A stretch of 64,000 nt of DNA from Candidatus Kerfeldbacteria bacterium (GTDB taxonomy: Bacteria > Patescibacteriota > Patescibacteriia > SBBC01 > CAIJZX01). The notes beneath the pieces are model-generated. The model did not search any database. It worked only from the letters and a program-made list of their open reading frames with translations, and had not been told where the DNA came from. The DNA is taken from positions 663,478 through 727,477 of the forward strand of contig JACPSJ010000001.1 of NCBI GenBank assembly GCA_016193315.1. The letters are read 5' to 3'. The stretch's first letter is position 1, and every line of letters begins with the position of its first letter. Both the position numbers and the translations under genes were made by a program. Positions 9,584-18,255 of the stretch are shown here, piece by piece.

Positions 9584-9847
9584 TTATCGAGCTGAAGTTT
9601 TAGAGACAGGAATCAGTCGCTTTTTTGCGAAGGCAAAACCTGAACCAGATTTCAAGTATTTCTCAAATGCCAGAGCATCTTTCTTTTCCAGGAAAGCACA
9701 GTACCAGACCAATCTGAACGGAACTTTTGCGGAGGAATATTTTTGACCCTTACTGTTATGCTTTGCTAGCTGCTTCTTTAGATCGCTACTGAATCCTTTA
9801 TAGAAACTATGATCTTTCTGACTCTGAATGATGTAGACGTAATACAT
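9584..9847 (-). CDS. Small GIY-YIG nuclease family protein
   Basis: YYVYII...FYKGFSSDL, HN, LVWY, ALAFEKYLKSGSG. The usual Arg position reads Q (LKKQL). Confidence 0.85.
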   Translation of the reverse strand: MYYVYIIQSQKDHSFYKGFSSDLKKQLAKHNSKGQKYSSAKVPFRLVWYCAFLEKKDALAFEKYLKSGSGFAFAKKRLIPVSKTSAR

Positions 9848-9860
9848 GTCTTGGCTGCAC

Positions 9861-9950
9861 TCCTTCGCTAAAGCTTCGGAGTACACTGCTCAAATTAAGA
9901 GTCTTTGTAGCTGTGCTTGCACTGCGAAGCTTCGATGGAAGCGAAGCAGT
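9861..9950. repeat. Palindromic repeats between the GIY-YIG gene and the tRNA-Pro nest
   Basis: tccttcgctaaagcttcgga (9861-9880) and actgc-gaagcttcgatggaagcgaa-gcagt (9921-9950). Confidence 0.6.
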
Positions 9951-10235
9951 GGTCGGGGTGGCGGGGATCGAACCCACGACCTCACGGACCCGCCCCGAAT
10001 AAAGCGAGCCGTAATTGATTCCTCTCCCCGCAGTCGGGGTACCGAGACTCGAACTCGGGACCTCACGCACCCGAAGCGTGCGCGCTACCAACTGCGCTAT
10101 ACCCCGACTGCGGGGAGAAATAATGTCTCGCTTTTACGGGGCAAGAACCGTGCGCTTGCCGCGTTTTATGCGGCGCTACCAACTGCCTGCCCCGTCATCC
10201 CGCGCGAGCGGGATTTTACGGGGCGCTACACCTCG
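9950..10235 (-). tRNA. Interrupted outer tRNA-Pro(CGG) in four pieces (10225-10235, 10175-10186, 10145-10155, 9950-9991); function unknown
   Basis: Joined pieces give 76 nt: CGAGGTGTAGCGCAGTTGGTAGCGCGCACGGTTCGGGTCCGTGAGGTCGTGGGTTCGATCCCCGCCACCCCGACCA, a cloverleaf with a single A3-C70 mismatch. Confidence 0.8.
10034..10106 (-). tRNA. tRNA-Pro(CGG), intact, nested; CCA not encoded
   Basis: CGGGGTATAGCGCAGTTGGTAGCGCGCACGCTTCGGGTGCGTGAGGTCCCGAGTTCGAGTCTCGGTACCCCGA; anticodon at 10071-10073. Confidence 0.96.
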
Positions 10236-10361
10236 ACTGGGCGCCGGACGCGCTCCGTCAAGTTTGAAACGACGACCAAACACTAGCACAAACTAGCTAG
10301 TCCATCAAGCACGCTAAATACAAAGAAACCGCCAGGCGGCAGTTTCTTTGTGACTGCCATC

Positions 10362-10568
10362 TTACATCATCCCGGCCGCTTTCATCACGTCTTCGGCACT
10401 GTTGTACGTTCCGTCCGGCACCTTGTCCATGAACGTTTTTCGGTGGTCTTCCGGCACGTGCGACATGTTGTTGCAGGCCATCCAAATATCCTGCTTGGTG
10501 GCCGGATAGGTGACGTGCGACTTGAGATGGTCCATCATCTCCTGCATATCATTGCCCATTGGTTCCAT
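10362..10568 (-). CDS. Small Met-rich protein, DUF2795-like
   Basis: HVTYPATKQDI...VPDGTYNSAEDV; strong SD AAGGAGGTGA; terminator-like hairpin downstream. Confidence 0.7.
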   Translation of the reverse strand: MEPMGNDMQEMMDHLKSHVTYPATKQDIWMACNNMSHVPEDHRKTFMDKVPDGTYNSAEDVMKAAGMM

Positions 10569-10572
10569 ACCA

Positions 10573-11391
10573 TCACCTCCTTTCGTTTGCCAGCGCCAGC
10601 GCGCCGTAGAGTCCTGATCGATCGCCGAGTTTGCCAGCCACGATCGGCGGCATTGGTTTCGGCATTCGCCACAGCCGTCGAGCGGCCCGACGAACGTCGC
10701 CAAGACGAAGGGCCGAAGGCCGTACGAGTCCCCCGCCGAGGATCATCAGCTCTGGTGACCAGGCGACCATGAGGTTGACGAGCGCGTAAGCCAATACTTC
10801 GCTCAGTCGACCCCACACTCGACGGCTTCGGATGTCACCTGGCTTGGTGTGCCAACGAGTTTCAATCGCCCGGCCGGAAACGACGCGACCAAGCGTGGTC
10901 AACCTTCCTTTGTCGTCGGGCACCAATAGATGGCGTAATTCAAAACCCATGGCGTTGCGATCGATCCGGCCGTCGACGATCCGGACGCCGTTCGTGCCGG
11001 TACTGACGGTTAGAAAACCGACGATCGACCGACCGCGGCCAGCGCCGGCCACAGCTTCGCCAAGACCATTCAAGGCCGCGTCGTTTTCCAGTCGAACTTT
11101 CGTCTTTAGTCTCCTGGCCAAGTCGTCCGCCAGCGGTCGATGGATCCAATCCGGCGATTGGCAATCGAGGATTCGGCGATGCCGAGCATCCAGCGGCCCG
11201 GCAAAGCCGCCAACCGCCAAACGCGGGCGACGACCACCAAGTGACGAAAGCGCCGTCTCAGTTAGCTTCTGCAGGCCCCGGTGATACTTGGCCGGAGTGG
11301 GGAAAACGTGGACGCGGTCCAGCCGTGGCCCCCGGCGGTTGATTGCCACGCGGGTTTTGGTCACCCCGATATCGAACACCAACAAACTCAT
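10573..11391 (-). CDS. ROK family sugar kinase
   Basis: FDIGVTK, LENDAALNGLGEA, LTVSTGTNG, ILGGGL, GLYGA. Confidence 0.88.
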   Translation of the reverse strand: MSLLVFDIGVTKTRVAINRRGPRLDRVHVFPTPAKYHRGLQKLTETALSSLGGRRPRLAVGGFAGPLDARHRRILDCQSPDWIHRPLADDLARRLKTKVRLENDAALNGLGEAVAGAGRGRSIVGFLTVSTGTNGVRIVDGRIDRNAMGFELRHLLVPDDKGRLTTLGRVVSGRAIETRWHTKPGDIRSRRVWGRLSEVLAYALVNLMVAWSPELMILGGGLVRPSALRLGDVRRAARRLWRMPKPMPPIVAGKLGDRSGLYGALALANERR

Positions 11392-13217
11392 CGGGTGATT
11401 TTCACGACGGCCGTAACGATGGCCGCAGCATTAATTCCTTCGTACTTCAGTAGTTCCTCGGGTTTGCCGCTCCGCGGCGTCTTCCGCACTGCGAGCGACA
11501 TCACCACGCCAGCCTGTTTGCCAAGGGCGCTGCGGACCGCCTCAGCGATCCCGCCTTCTGGGTAGTGGTCCTCCACGACCATCAAGTGCTTGCTCTCACG
11601 GGCGGCCTGTTTCAGCGTCGCCGTGTCGATCGGTTTGATCGAGTAGAGATCAATGACCCGGACTCGGATTTTCCGTTTGGCCAGGATATCAGCAGCTTTC
11701 AAAGCTTCATGTAGCGTGACCCCAGCCGCTACGACCGTCGCTCGATCATCCTTACTCCGCCGCAGCACCTGACTGCCCCCGATGGTGAATCGGGTGGTTG
11801 GTTTGTAGATCACCGGTAATGGATTTCGGGTGGCCCGAAGGTACACCATCCCCTGCCCGCGCAACGATTTCTCCAGCAACCGTTCGGCGGCCACCGCATC
11901 ACTCGGATACAGTATCATGCTATTTTCCAGCGTTCGAAACAAGGCCATGTCCTGCAAGCCCATCTGTGAGGGGCCGTCTTGGCCAATGTGCACGCCAACA
12001 TGCGTCCCAATGAACATGAGGTGCTGTCGCGAGTACGAGGCCATGCGGAGTTGATCAAGGGCGCGGGTGTAAAAGGCGCCAAAGGTGGCCATGACCGGCA
12101 GCTTGCCTCGCTTGGCCAAACCAAGACTCATGCCCACAATGTTTTGTTCAGCAATGTAGCCTTCGACAAAGCGTCGCGCAAATCGTTTCTCAAACAGCTC
12201 AGTATACGTTGAATTTTTCACTTCGCCATCAAGCACAACCAATGACGGGAAAGCCGGCGCCAATCGTACCAGCCCTCGACCCAGCGCCAGCCGTGGCGCC
12301 ACCATGTCGCCGAGTCGATACTTCAGTTCGCGGGCTGATTTTCGTTTCGCGGCCAACGGCTGGCGTGCCTCGGGTTTCATCACGCTGCCGCGGAGCTTCT
12401 CATTGACCGGTCCAACATCCCGCGCCGCTTGGTCAGCTTCTTCCTGCGTTAAGGCGCGGCCGTGCCACCCCGGCTGACCGGAAATCAGCGACACACCCTG
12501 CCCCTTAATCGTCTGACCGATAATTATGATCGGCGAATCTTTTGACTTGGCCGCCTGTTGAAATATGGTCACAATCTTTTTCAGGTCGTGCCCGTCGACA
12601 ATCATCGTTTTCCATCCAAATCCTTCCACTCGCCTGGCCATCGCCCTGGCATCATGCTGCAACATGGTCGGTCCGGATTGGCCGAGACCGTTGAGATCGA
12701 GAACCGCGACCAGGTTGTTGACCCTGAGGAAGCCGGCCAGCTGGATGGCCTCCCAAACGCTTCCTTCGGCCATTTCCGAGTCTCCCAGCAGGCAATAGAC
12801 CCGACAAATCAGTTTATCCATCCTGGCTGCCAAAGCCTCTCCGAGGGCCACGGAGAGCCCCTGGCCGAGGCTGCCGGTCGGTACCTCAGCATTAGGAAAT
12901 CGGGGCATGGGATGGCCTTCCAGGCGGCTGCCGAATTTCCGTAGAGTCAGTAGCTCTTTTGGGCTAACCCGGCCGGCGGCGGCATAGAGAGCGTACAGCA
13001 GCGGCGCGGCATGGCCTTTGGAAAAAATGAGCCGATCATTATTTGGATATCCTGGTCGACGGAGATCGGCCCGGAAAACCCCACCGAACATCAGACCGAC
13101 CATCAACTCGACTGCTGAGAGCGATGAACTCAAATGGCCGGATCCGGCCGCAGTCGTCATCCGGATCAGCCAGGCGCGTATCAGGCGCGACAGCGCTTCG
13201 AGGCCGAGGTTATCCAC
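11388..13217 (-). CDS. tkt: Transketolase
   Basis: GSGHLSSSLS, SKGHA, LEGHP, TGSLGQG, GDSEMAEG, IAEQN, GQDGPSQM, EDHYPEGG. Confidence 0.94.
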   Translation of the reverse strand: MDNLGLEALSRLIRAWLIRMTTAAGSGHLSSSLSAVELMVGLMFGGVFRADLRRPGYPNNDRLIFSKGHAAPLLYALYAAAGRVSPKELLTLRKFGSRLEGHPMPRFPNAEVPTGSLGQGLSVALGEALAARMDKLICRVYCLLGDSEMAEGSVWEAIQLAGFLRVNNLVAVLDLNGLGQSGPTMLQHDARAMARRVEGFGWKTMIVDGHDLKKIVTIFQQAAKSKDSPIIIIGQTIKGQGVSLISGQPGWHGRALTQEEADQAARDVGPVNEKLRGSVMKPEARQPLAAKRKSARELKYRLGDMVAPRLALGRGLVRLAPAFPSLVVLDGEVKNSTYTELFEKRFARRFVEGYIAEQNIVGMSLGLAKRGKLPVMATFGAFYTRALDQLRMASYSRQHLMFIGTHVGVHIGQDGPSQMGLQDMALFRTLENSMILYPSDAVAAERLLEKSLRGQGMVYLRATRNPLPVIYKPTTRFTIGGSQVLRRSKDDRATVVAAGVTLHEALKAADILAKRKIRVRVIDLYSIKPIDTATLKQAARESKHLMVVEDHYPEGGIAEAVRSALGKQAGVVMSLAVRKTPRSGKPEELLKYEGINAAAIVTAVVKITR

Positions 13218-13437
13218 GTTGTTTGTCGATCAGCCGAAATCGAGGCATCGTTTTCCCATCAACGGTGACGTCTTGGAGAAACATTGCCGCTGGCCGGATC
13301 CACAGGCGGTGGTCGCGAGAGACCGCCTGGTAGACAACGAACGCTTCCTTGGTTTCGCTGTGTCGGGCCAGGCCGATGACCTCATAGGCGCCGCCCTTGT
13401 AATGTTGATACAAACCTGGACGTACATCCGGCTCCAT
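13210..13437 (-). CDS. DUF1653 domain protein
   Basis: GLYQHYKG, ARHSET, VVYQ, WIRP..MF, PRF. Confidence 0.9.
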   Translation of the reverse strand: MEPDVRPGLYQHYKGGAYEVIGLARHSETKEAFVVYQAVSRDHRLWIRPAAMFLQDVTVDGKTMPRFRLIDKQRG

Positions 13438-13466
13438 GATTCTAGTCTAGCATGAACCGTCGGCGT

Positions 13467-14600
13467 TTACACCTTCCCTTGCTTGATCAACGTCCGGTAG
13501 TGCTCGACGAGGGTGTTGAAATACCACAGATTATGCATCGTCAACAGCACCAGGCCGGTGATTTCCTTGGCGCGCACCAGATGCGCAATGTAGGCCCGGG
13601 TATAGTGGTGGCAGACGTCGCAGCCGCACTGAAGATCGAGCGGCTTCCGTTCGTTGAGCCACGCCGGCTTTGTCAGATCCAATCGGCCACGGCTCGTAAA
13701 GGCCGTCCCGTGCCGGGCGTAGTGCGTCGGCACAATGCAATCAAAGGTATCGACGCCGGCGGCGATGATGTGGCGGATATCCTCCGGGTGTCCAATCCCG
13801 AGCAGGTGGCGCGGCTTCTCCGGCGGCAGCAGATCGTTCACTGCCCCAACCATCTTGGCCATGATGGACTTATTGGTGCCGAACTCACCGCCGATGCCAA
13901 AACCGGCGAACGGCCGTCCAGCCATGAATTCAGCGCTGCCACGTCGCAGATCTTGATACCGGCCTCCTTGGACGATCCCCAGGAGCGATTGCTTCGTTCG
14001 ATGCTCACGCAGGCAGACCTCAGCCCAGGCGTGCGTCCGCCCGAGCGATTGCCGGACATAGTCCTTGGTCGCCGTGGGTGGTGGACATTCGTCAAAAGCC
14101 AAAATGATATCGGCGCCCAGGGCTTCCTGAATTTTCATCGACTCCTGGGGGCCGATAAAAAGCGCCTGGCCATCGAGCGGTGAGCGAAACCGCACGCCTC
14201 GGTCAGTGATTGCCAGGTGTTGCGGTTGGCTGCCCAGGCCGACTCGGGGTCGGGCGTGCCATGGCGCCATTTTCCCCAAGCCGAAATCACGACCGAACCC
14301 TAGGCTGAAAACCTGAAACCCCCCCGAATCCGTCATCAGCGGCATCGGCCAGTGCATGAAACGATGAAGGCCGCCGGATTTCTTGACTGCTTGCTCACCC
14401 GGCTTGAGGTGGAGATGGAACGTGTTGCCGATCAAAACCTGGCACTTGACGGCCGCGGCTTGCTCGCTGGTCAGCGTTTTGACTACCGCTTGGGTCGCCA
14501 CCGGCACTAAGGCCGGGGTCTCAATGGTGCCGTGGGGAGTCTCAAGAATTCCGAGACGGGCCCGGCTACGTTTGGAATTCTTAAGAATGCGAAAACGCAT
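13467..14600 (-). CDS. tgt: tRNA-guanine transglycosylase
   Basis: NTFHL, TDSGGFQVFSL, FDEC, GIVQGG, HLLGIG, DTFDC, zinc site CGCDVC...HN. Confidence 0.95.
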   Translation of the reverse strand: MRFRILKNSKRSRARLGILETPHGTIETPALVPVATQAVVKTLTSEQAAAVKCQVLIGNTFHLHLKPGEQAVKKSGGLHRFMHWPMPLMTDSGGFQVFSLGFGRDFGLGKMAPWHARPRVGLGSQPQHLAITDRGVRFRSPLDGQALFIGPQESMKIQEALGADIILAFDECPPPTATKDYVRQSLGRTHAWAEVCLREHRTKQSLLGIVQGGRYQDLRRGSAEFMAGRPFAGFGIGGEFGTNKSIMAKMVGAVNDLLPPEKPRHLLGIGHPEDIRHIIAAGVDTFDCIVPTHYARHGTAFTSRGRLDLTKPAWLNERKPLDLQCGCDVCHHYTRAYIAHLVRAKEITGLVLLTMHNLWYFNTLVEHYRTLIKQGKV

Positions 14601-14629
14601 GACAGATTATTCTTCCGTGGCCGGACGGC

Positions 14630-15037
14630 TTACTGGGGACCTTTCGCGCTGCCCGGTTTGAAATCAAGCGCCAGCGAATTGATGCAGTATCGCTTGCCGG
14701 TCGGCGCCGGGCCGTCATCAAAGACGTGGCCGAGGTGCGATCCGCAGCGCGAGCACTGCACTTCCAGCCGATGCATCCCGAGCGACAAATCATCCACCGT
14801 CTTGACGTGCGCGGCAAAAGCCGGATCCCAAAAGCTCGGCCAGCCAGTCTTGGAATCGAACTTGGTATCCGATCGAAACAGCTCTTGACCGCAGACGACG
14901 CAGACGTACATGCCCTTGGCCTGGTGGTGCAAGAACTTACCACTGCCTGGCGGTTCGGTGCCTTTAAGAAAACAAACGTTATATTGCTCGGGCGTTAGCT
15001 TGTTCTTCATGTCCGCCGCGTATGACTTGTTATTCAT
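14630..15037 (-). CDS. msrB: Peptide-methionine (R)-S-oxide reductase
   Basis: LTPEQY, GTEPP, CVVC, GWPSF, CSRCGSHLGHVF, RYCINS. Confidence 0.96.
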   Translation of the reverse strand: MNNKSYAADMKNKLTPEQYNVCFLKGTEPPGSGKFLHHQAKGMYVCVVCGQELFRSDTKFDSKTGWPSFWDPAFAAHVKTVDDLSLGMHRLEVQCSRCGSHLGHVFDDGPAPTGKRYCINSLALDFKPGSAKGPQ

Positions 15038-15148
15038 TTGGCTCGCAGGGAATTGTAAGTAATATCATCTTAGCACACAATGGCAGACGGCAATGGTCCG
15101 GTCAAGGACGCCCAGGGCGGCCAGGATGAACAGTTGTGCGGTACGGAT

Positions 15149-15177
15149 TTGACAGACTGTCGGTGATTGCCCATACT
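15149..15177 (+). promoter_or_regulatory. Sigma70-type promoter
   Basis: TTGACA-17-CATACT upstream of ATG 15224. Confidence 0.6.
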
Positions 15178-15223
15178 ACGCCGGCAGCGGTTCCAGTTGA
15201 CCTTACAACCCACAGAGGAATTG

Positions 15224-16300
15224 ATGCCCAAACCGTATCGGCTGGATATGCGCCGTGCCCGCCGCGTGTTTGGGCGAATCGTGGTGGCGTACCAGCGACA
15301 GCAGTTCCCGTTCAACCTGCCCGGCGTCGTCCTGCCGCACATCGATGAACGACTGCCGAACACCATGCACCGCGGGGGCGAAGACCACGCCCGTTTCCTT
15401 TTCTACGCCTGTCTCCAGATGAAAGGTGGCATCAAAAGCGATACCGCGCTGCAAACGCTGGCTCGGCTCCACGAACGGCGTCCGGACCTGTTTCGTCCCG
15501 AGTGCGCTGGCCGCCTGTCGCCGGCTGACGTCACGCGTCTGCTGGTCGACTACCGCCTGGGGCTCAACAGCCAGCTGATCGGCCAGCACTGGGTCGAAAA
15601 CTCGCGACGGTTGATGGCCCGCCACGACGGTCGTGTGATCGGCATGTTCCACGGCATTCGCACTTACGACGAAGCCTGCCGGCTGGTGCTCAACCAGCTC
15701 AATGGGCCGTCGGGACCGGCCGGATTTCTCGGTTTCGGCCACAAGATGGTCAGCATGCTGCTGTACTTCCTGATCGACGCCCGACTGATCACCGAGTTCC
15801 CCTTCCCGCCGCCGGTTGATATCCACTGGCTCCGTCTGCTCGTCGAGCACCGGATCCTGAGCTGGCGCGGCCGGATTGGCACCGAACCACCAGACGACCT
15901 CCCCTATGGTGGGAATTTCTTCCAGCCGGGCATTCTGGCCGATGTCCGCCGGCTGCTCCGGCGGTACATCGAAACGTGCGGTTGGCCCCAAGTCGAAGTC
16001 AACAACGCCATTTGGTTGTACGCCAAGACGCTCTGCGGCCGGCAACCGGGGAACCGAAGCCACCATGGTCGGTACCCTGCCAGACGAACGACGGTTCGCC
16101 CGGTCTCGATTGCCTGGACCCCGGAACAGCTCCGCGCCTACCAGCAGACGTGCGCGCGGTGTATTGTCCAGCGGACCTGCCGGTTCAACGTGCCGTCGGC
16201 CCTTTACAACCAACTGGGAAGAATTCAGATCCGTGGCCGACGGCCGCAACCGCCGGTCTCGTCCCAACTGTCCTTTTCCTGGAAACGAAAAACGTCGTGA
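15224..16300 (+). CDS. Divergent HhH-GPD (endonuclease III-like) DNA glycosylase with probable Fe-S cluster
   Basis: HhH-like FLGFGHKMVSML, PPVDIHWLRL, and Cys pattern LC...CARC-x5-C; terminator-like hairpin at the stop. Confidence 0.65.
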   Translation: MPKPYRLDMRRARRVFGRIVVAYQRQQFPFNLPGVVLPHIDERLPNTMHRGGEDHARFLFYACLQMKGGIKSDTALQTLARLHERRPDLFRPECAGRLSPADVTRLLVDYRLGLNSQLIGQHWVENSRRLMARHDGRVIGMFHGIRTYDEACRLVLNQLNGPSGPAGFLGFGHKMVSMLLYFLIDARLITEFPFPPPVDIHWLRLLVEHRILSWRGRIGTEPPDDLPYGGNFFQPGILADVRRLLRRYIETCGWPQVEVNNAIWLYAKTLCGRQPGNRSHHGRYPARRTTVRPVSIAWTPEQLRAYQQTCARCIVQRTCRFNVPSALYNQLGRIQIRGRRPQPPVSSQLSFSWKRKTS

Positions 16301-16345
16301 AACACGGCGTGTTTTTTTGTTACCAACAGACTCACCGTTGGCCGG

Positions 16346-16515
16346 TTAGCAAGCGTGCGGCATCGGGCACGTCTGGTCGTGCTCTCCCCGTTCCTCTTTC
16401 GTCAGCCGGCCATCCTCAATCGTGAGGACTTGTTTGGCCACGCTCCGCAATCGATCGTCGTGACTAACCATGACCGCGGTGCGGGGTATTGCTCCGGCGT
16501 CAGTTTCTTTTTCAT
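16346..16515 (-). pseudogene. Chimeric scar: msrB-like 5' end fused to an ABC-ATPase 3' end
   Basis: ATG 16515 encodes MKKKLTPEQY. 16483-16346 encodes RTAVMVSHDDRLRSVAKQVLTIEDGRLTKEERGEHDQTCPMPHAC* in another frame. Confidence 0.75.
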
Positions 16516-16662
16516 GCCCGCGGCGGCGAACCCTTTGTTCAGGGGGTTCGAAAGAGAATAGTAAACGGTTCTATCTTAGCATCAGAACCAGACATCAAGA
16601 ATTCTTCACTGGGTAGGGACCGAACCTACTTCCAGTTTTTAAGCAAGCTTTTTCCTCGCCAG

Positions 16663-17403
16663 CTACTTTGTTGCGGTCACCCCGATACCCACGCTATTCT
16701 CTCTATGCTTCTCCCAAAAAGCTGAACCGAATTTCTGTACTCCCGCCTGGGAAATACGGAGAGGAACCCACCGTATGTTCTTAAAACCAGCAGCTCTTAA
16801 ACAACGCTCGTATGTCTGAGATGAATAGTAGTAACAATAGAAATAAAAGGCTTTTCCTGCTTCGTCAAAATGGTCTCCCCGCAATCTTTCGCCATCGACA
16901 AAAAAGGGCTTGTGGTGCTGGCCGGTAAATTTTCTGCCATACTCGAAATGCCGCATCGGCTTTAGGCCAGGGTTCATCGTGATGGCGACAAGACGACCGC
17001 GGTTAGCTAGGAAATCGTAAATCTTCTTGCACATCCGAGACAATACCTTTTCGTTCTTAGCGTAATTGAGCAAGTAGACTGCGGCGGCTATCTGAAACTG
17101 GTTCTTTGTCTCAAACCTAATAATATCCTGAGTGTAGTACTCAATACCCAGTCTTGTCCTAGACTCCAACTTACGGGCTATCTTGATAAGCTCCCGTGAC
17201 AGATCAATGCCTATGACTTTGTGTGGTTCGGCTTGGGCTATTATCCTCGTAAAGTATCCGCTTCCGCACCCAAGATCAATCACCTTCTTTCCGTGTACCC
17301 GCCCAAGCATACTTAGGAAAGACGGCTTAAGAACATCTTCCTTTGTGGGCCCGGCCATCCGGACATACTGTGACGCTATTTTGTCGTATTGAGTCCTTGG
17401 CAC
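16663..17403 (-). CDS. Class I SAM-dependent methyltransferase
   Basis: VIDLGCGSGYF, GIDLS, YLLNYA, AAGF; AT-richer than flanks. Confidence 0.88.
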   Translation of the reverse strand: MPRTQYDKIASQYVRMAGPTKEDVLKPSFLSMLGRVHGKKVIDLGCGSGYFTRIIAQAEPHKVIGIDLSRELIKIARKLESRTRLGIEYYTQDIIRFETKNQFQIAAAVYLLNYAKNEKVLSRMCKKIYDFLANRGRLVAITMNPGLKPMRHFEYGRKFTGQHHKPFFVDGERLRGDHFDEAGKAFYFYCYYYSSQTYERCLRAAGFKNIRWVPLRISQAGVQKFGSAFWEKHRENSVGIGVTATK

Positions 17404-17494
17404 GAAATGGTTCCTTTACCGACGAGGCGTTTTCTGACCCACTCGCTAGATCCAAGAGTTTCATCACGAAACGGTGACCAGCCGCCGCGATTGA

Positions 17495-18160
17495 TCATTG
17501 GTGTTTCATCGAACAGTATTGCTCGTGATCTCCCTGTTTCTCTCCCGTCAACCTACCATCCTCAATCGTCAAAACTCGTTTGGCCACGCTTCTTAGTCGA
17601 CAAAGCAGTTGCATGACTTCATGACCGATGTTCGAATCAAGGTTGGCGGTCGGCTCGTCGGCCAGAATGATTTTCGGATTGTTGATCAGGGCGCGGGCAA
17701 TCGCCACGCGCTGTTTTTCGCCGCCGGACAGATGGCTTGGCAATGCATGCATCCGTTTCTCCAAACCAAGACGTTTCAGAAGTTCTTGAGCTTTCGCCCG
17801 CGATTCGGTAAACGAGTGCCCGGCGATCATCAGCGGTACGGCCACGTTTTGTTCAGCTGTCAGGGCGGCTAACAGATTGAAACTCTGAAATACAAACCCA
17901 AGGCTTTGTAGCCGAACGGCGGGTAATTCGCGCTCGGATTTGTTGGTTATGTCCACCCCATCAATCATTACTTCGCCCGATGTTGGCTTGAGCAGGCCGC
18001 CGGCGATAGTTAGCAGCGTCGTCTTGCCCGAACCTGACGGCCCCATGATTAGAACGATGCCGCCTGGCTCGACGTGGAGGTGGATGCCATCCAGCGCCTT
18101 GACCGCCGTATGGCCACGGCCGAAGGTTTTGCTGACGTCATGGACGCGGAGGAGTTCCAA
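17495..18160 (-). pseudogene. LolD/MacB-type ABC ATPase with in-frame loss of the H-loop segment
   Basis: [24 protein letters not shown] and [10 protein letters not shown] present, but QLLC joins directly to RLRSVAKR with no SHD. Start (TTG) uncertain. Confidence 0.7.
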
Positions 18161-18255
18161 AGCCAGAGAAATATTTAGGGATACTGTAACATCAAATCTT
18201 GACGGAATGCGCGAGTCGCAGTAACCTGCCGTTTGTCGGTGGCTGGCAAGCACTT

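Noticed and set aside
9992-10144. Group I intron in the tRNA anticodon loop
   Set aside because: Too short once the nested tRNA is subtracted, and no group I core is recognisable.
9807-10296. ORFs overlapping the Pro locus
   Set aside because: Shadow ORFs over tRNA and palindromic sequence.
13467-14600. TGT as part of a 7-deazaguanine DNA-modification (dpd) system
   Set aside because: Motifs match ordinary tRNA-guanine transglycosylases and no dpd or que genes are nearby.
15203-16267. 354-aa minus-strand ORF and similar long antisense ORFs (e.g. 56462-57289, 7912-8625)
   Set aside because: Antisense shadows of motif-bearing genes, expected in GC-rich DNA.
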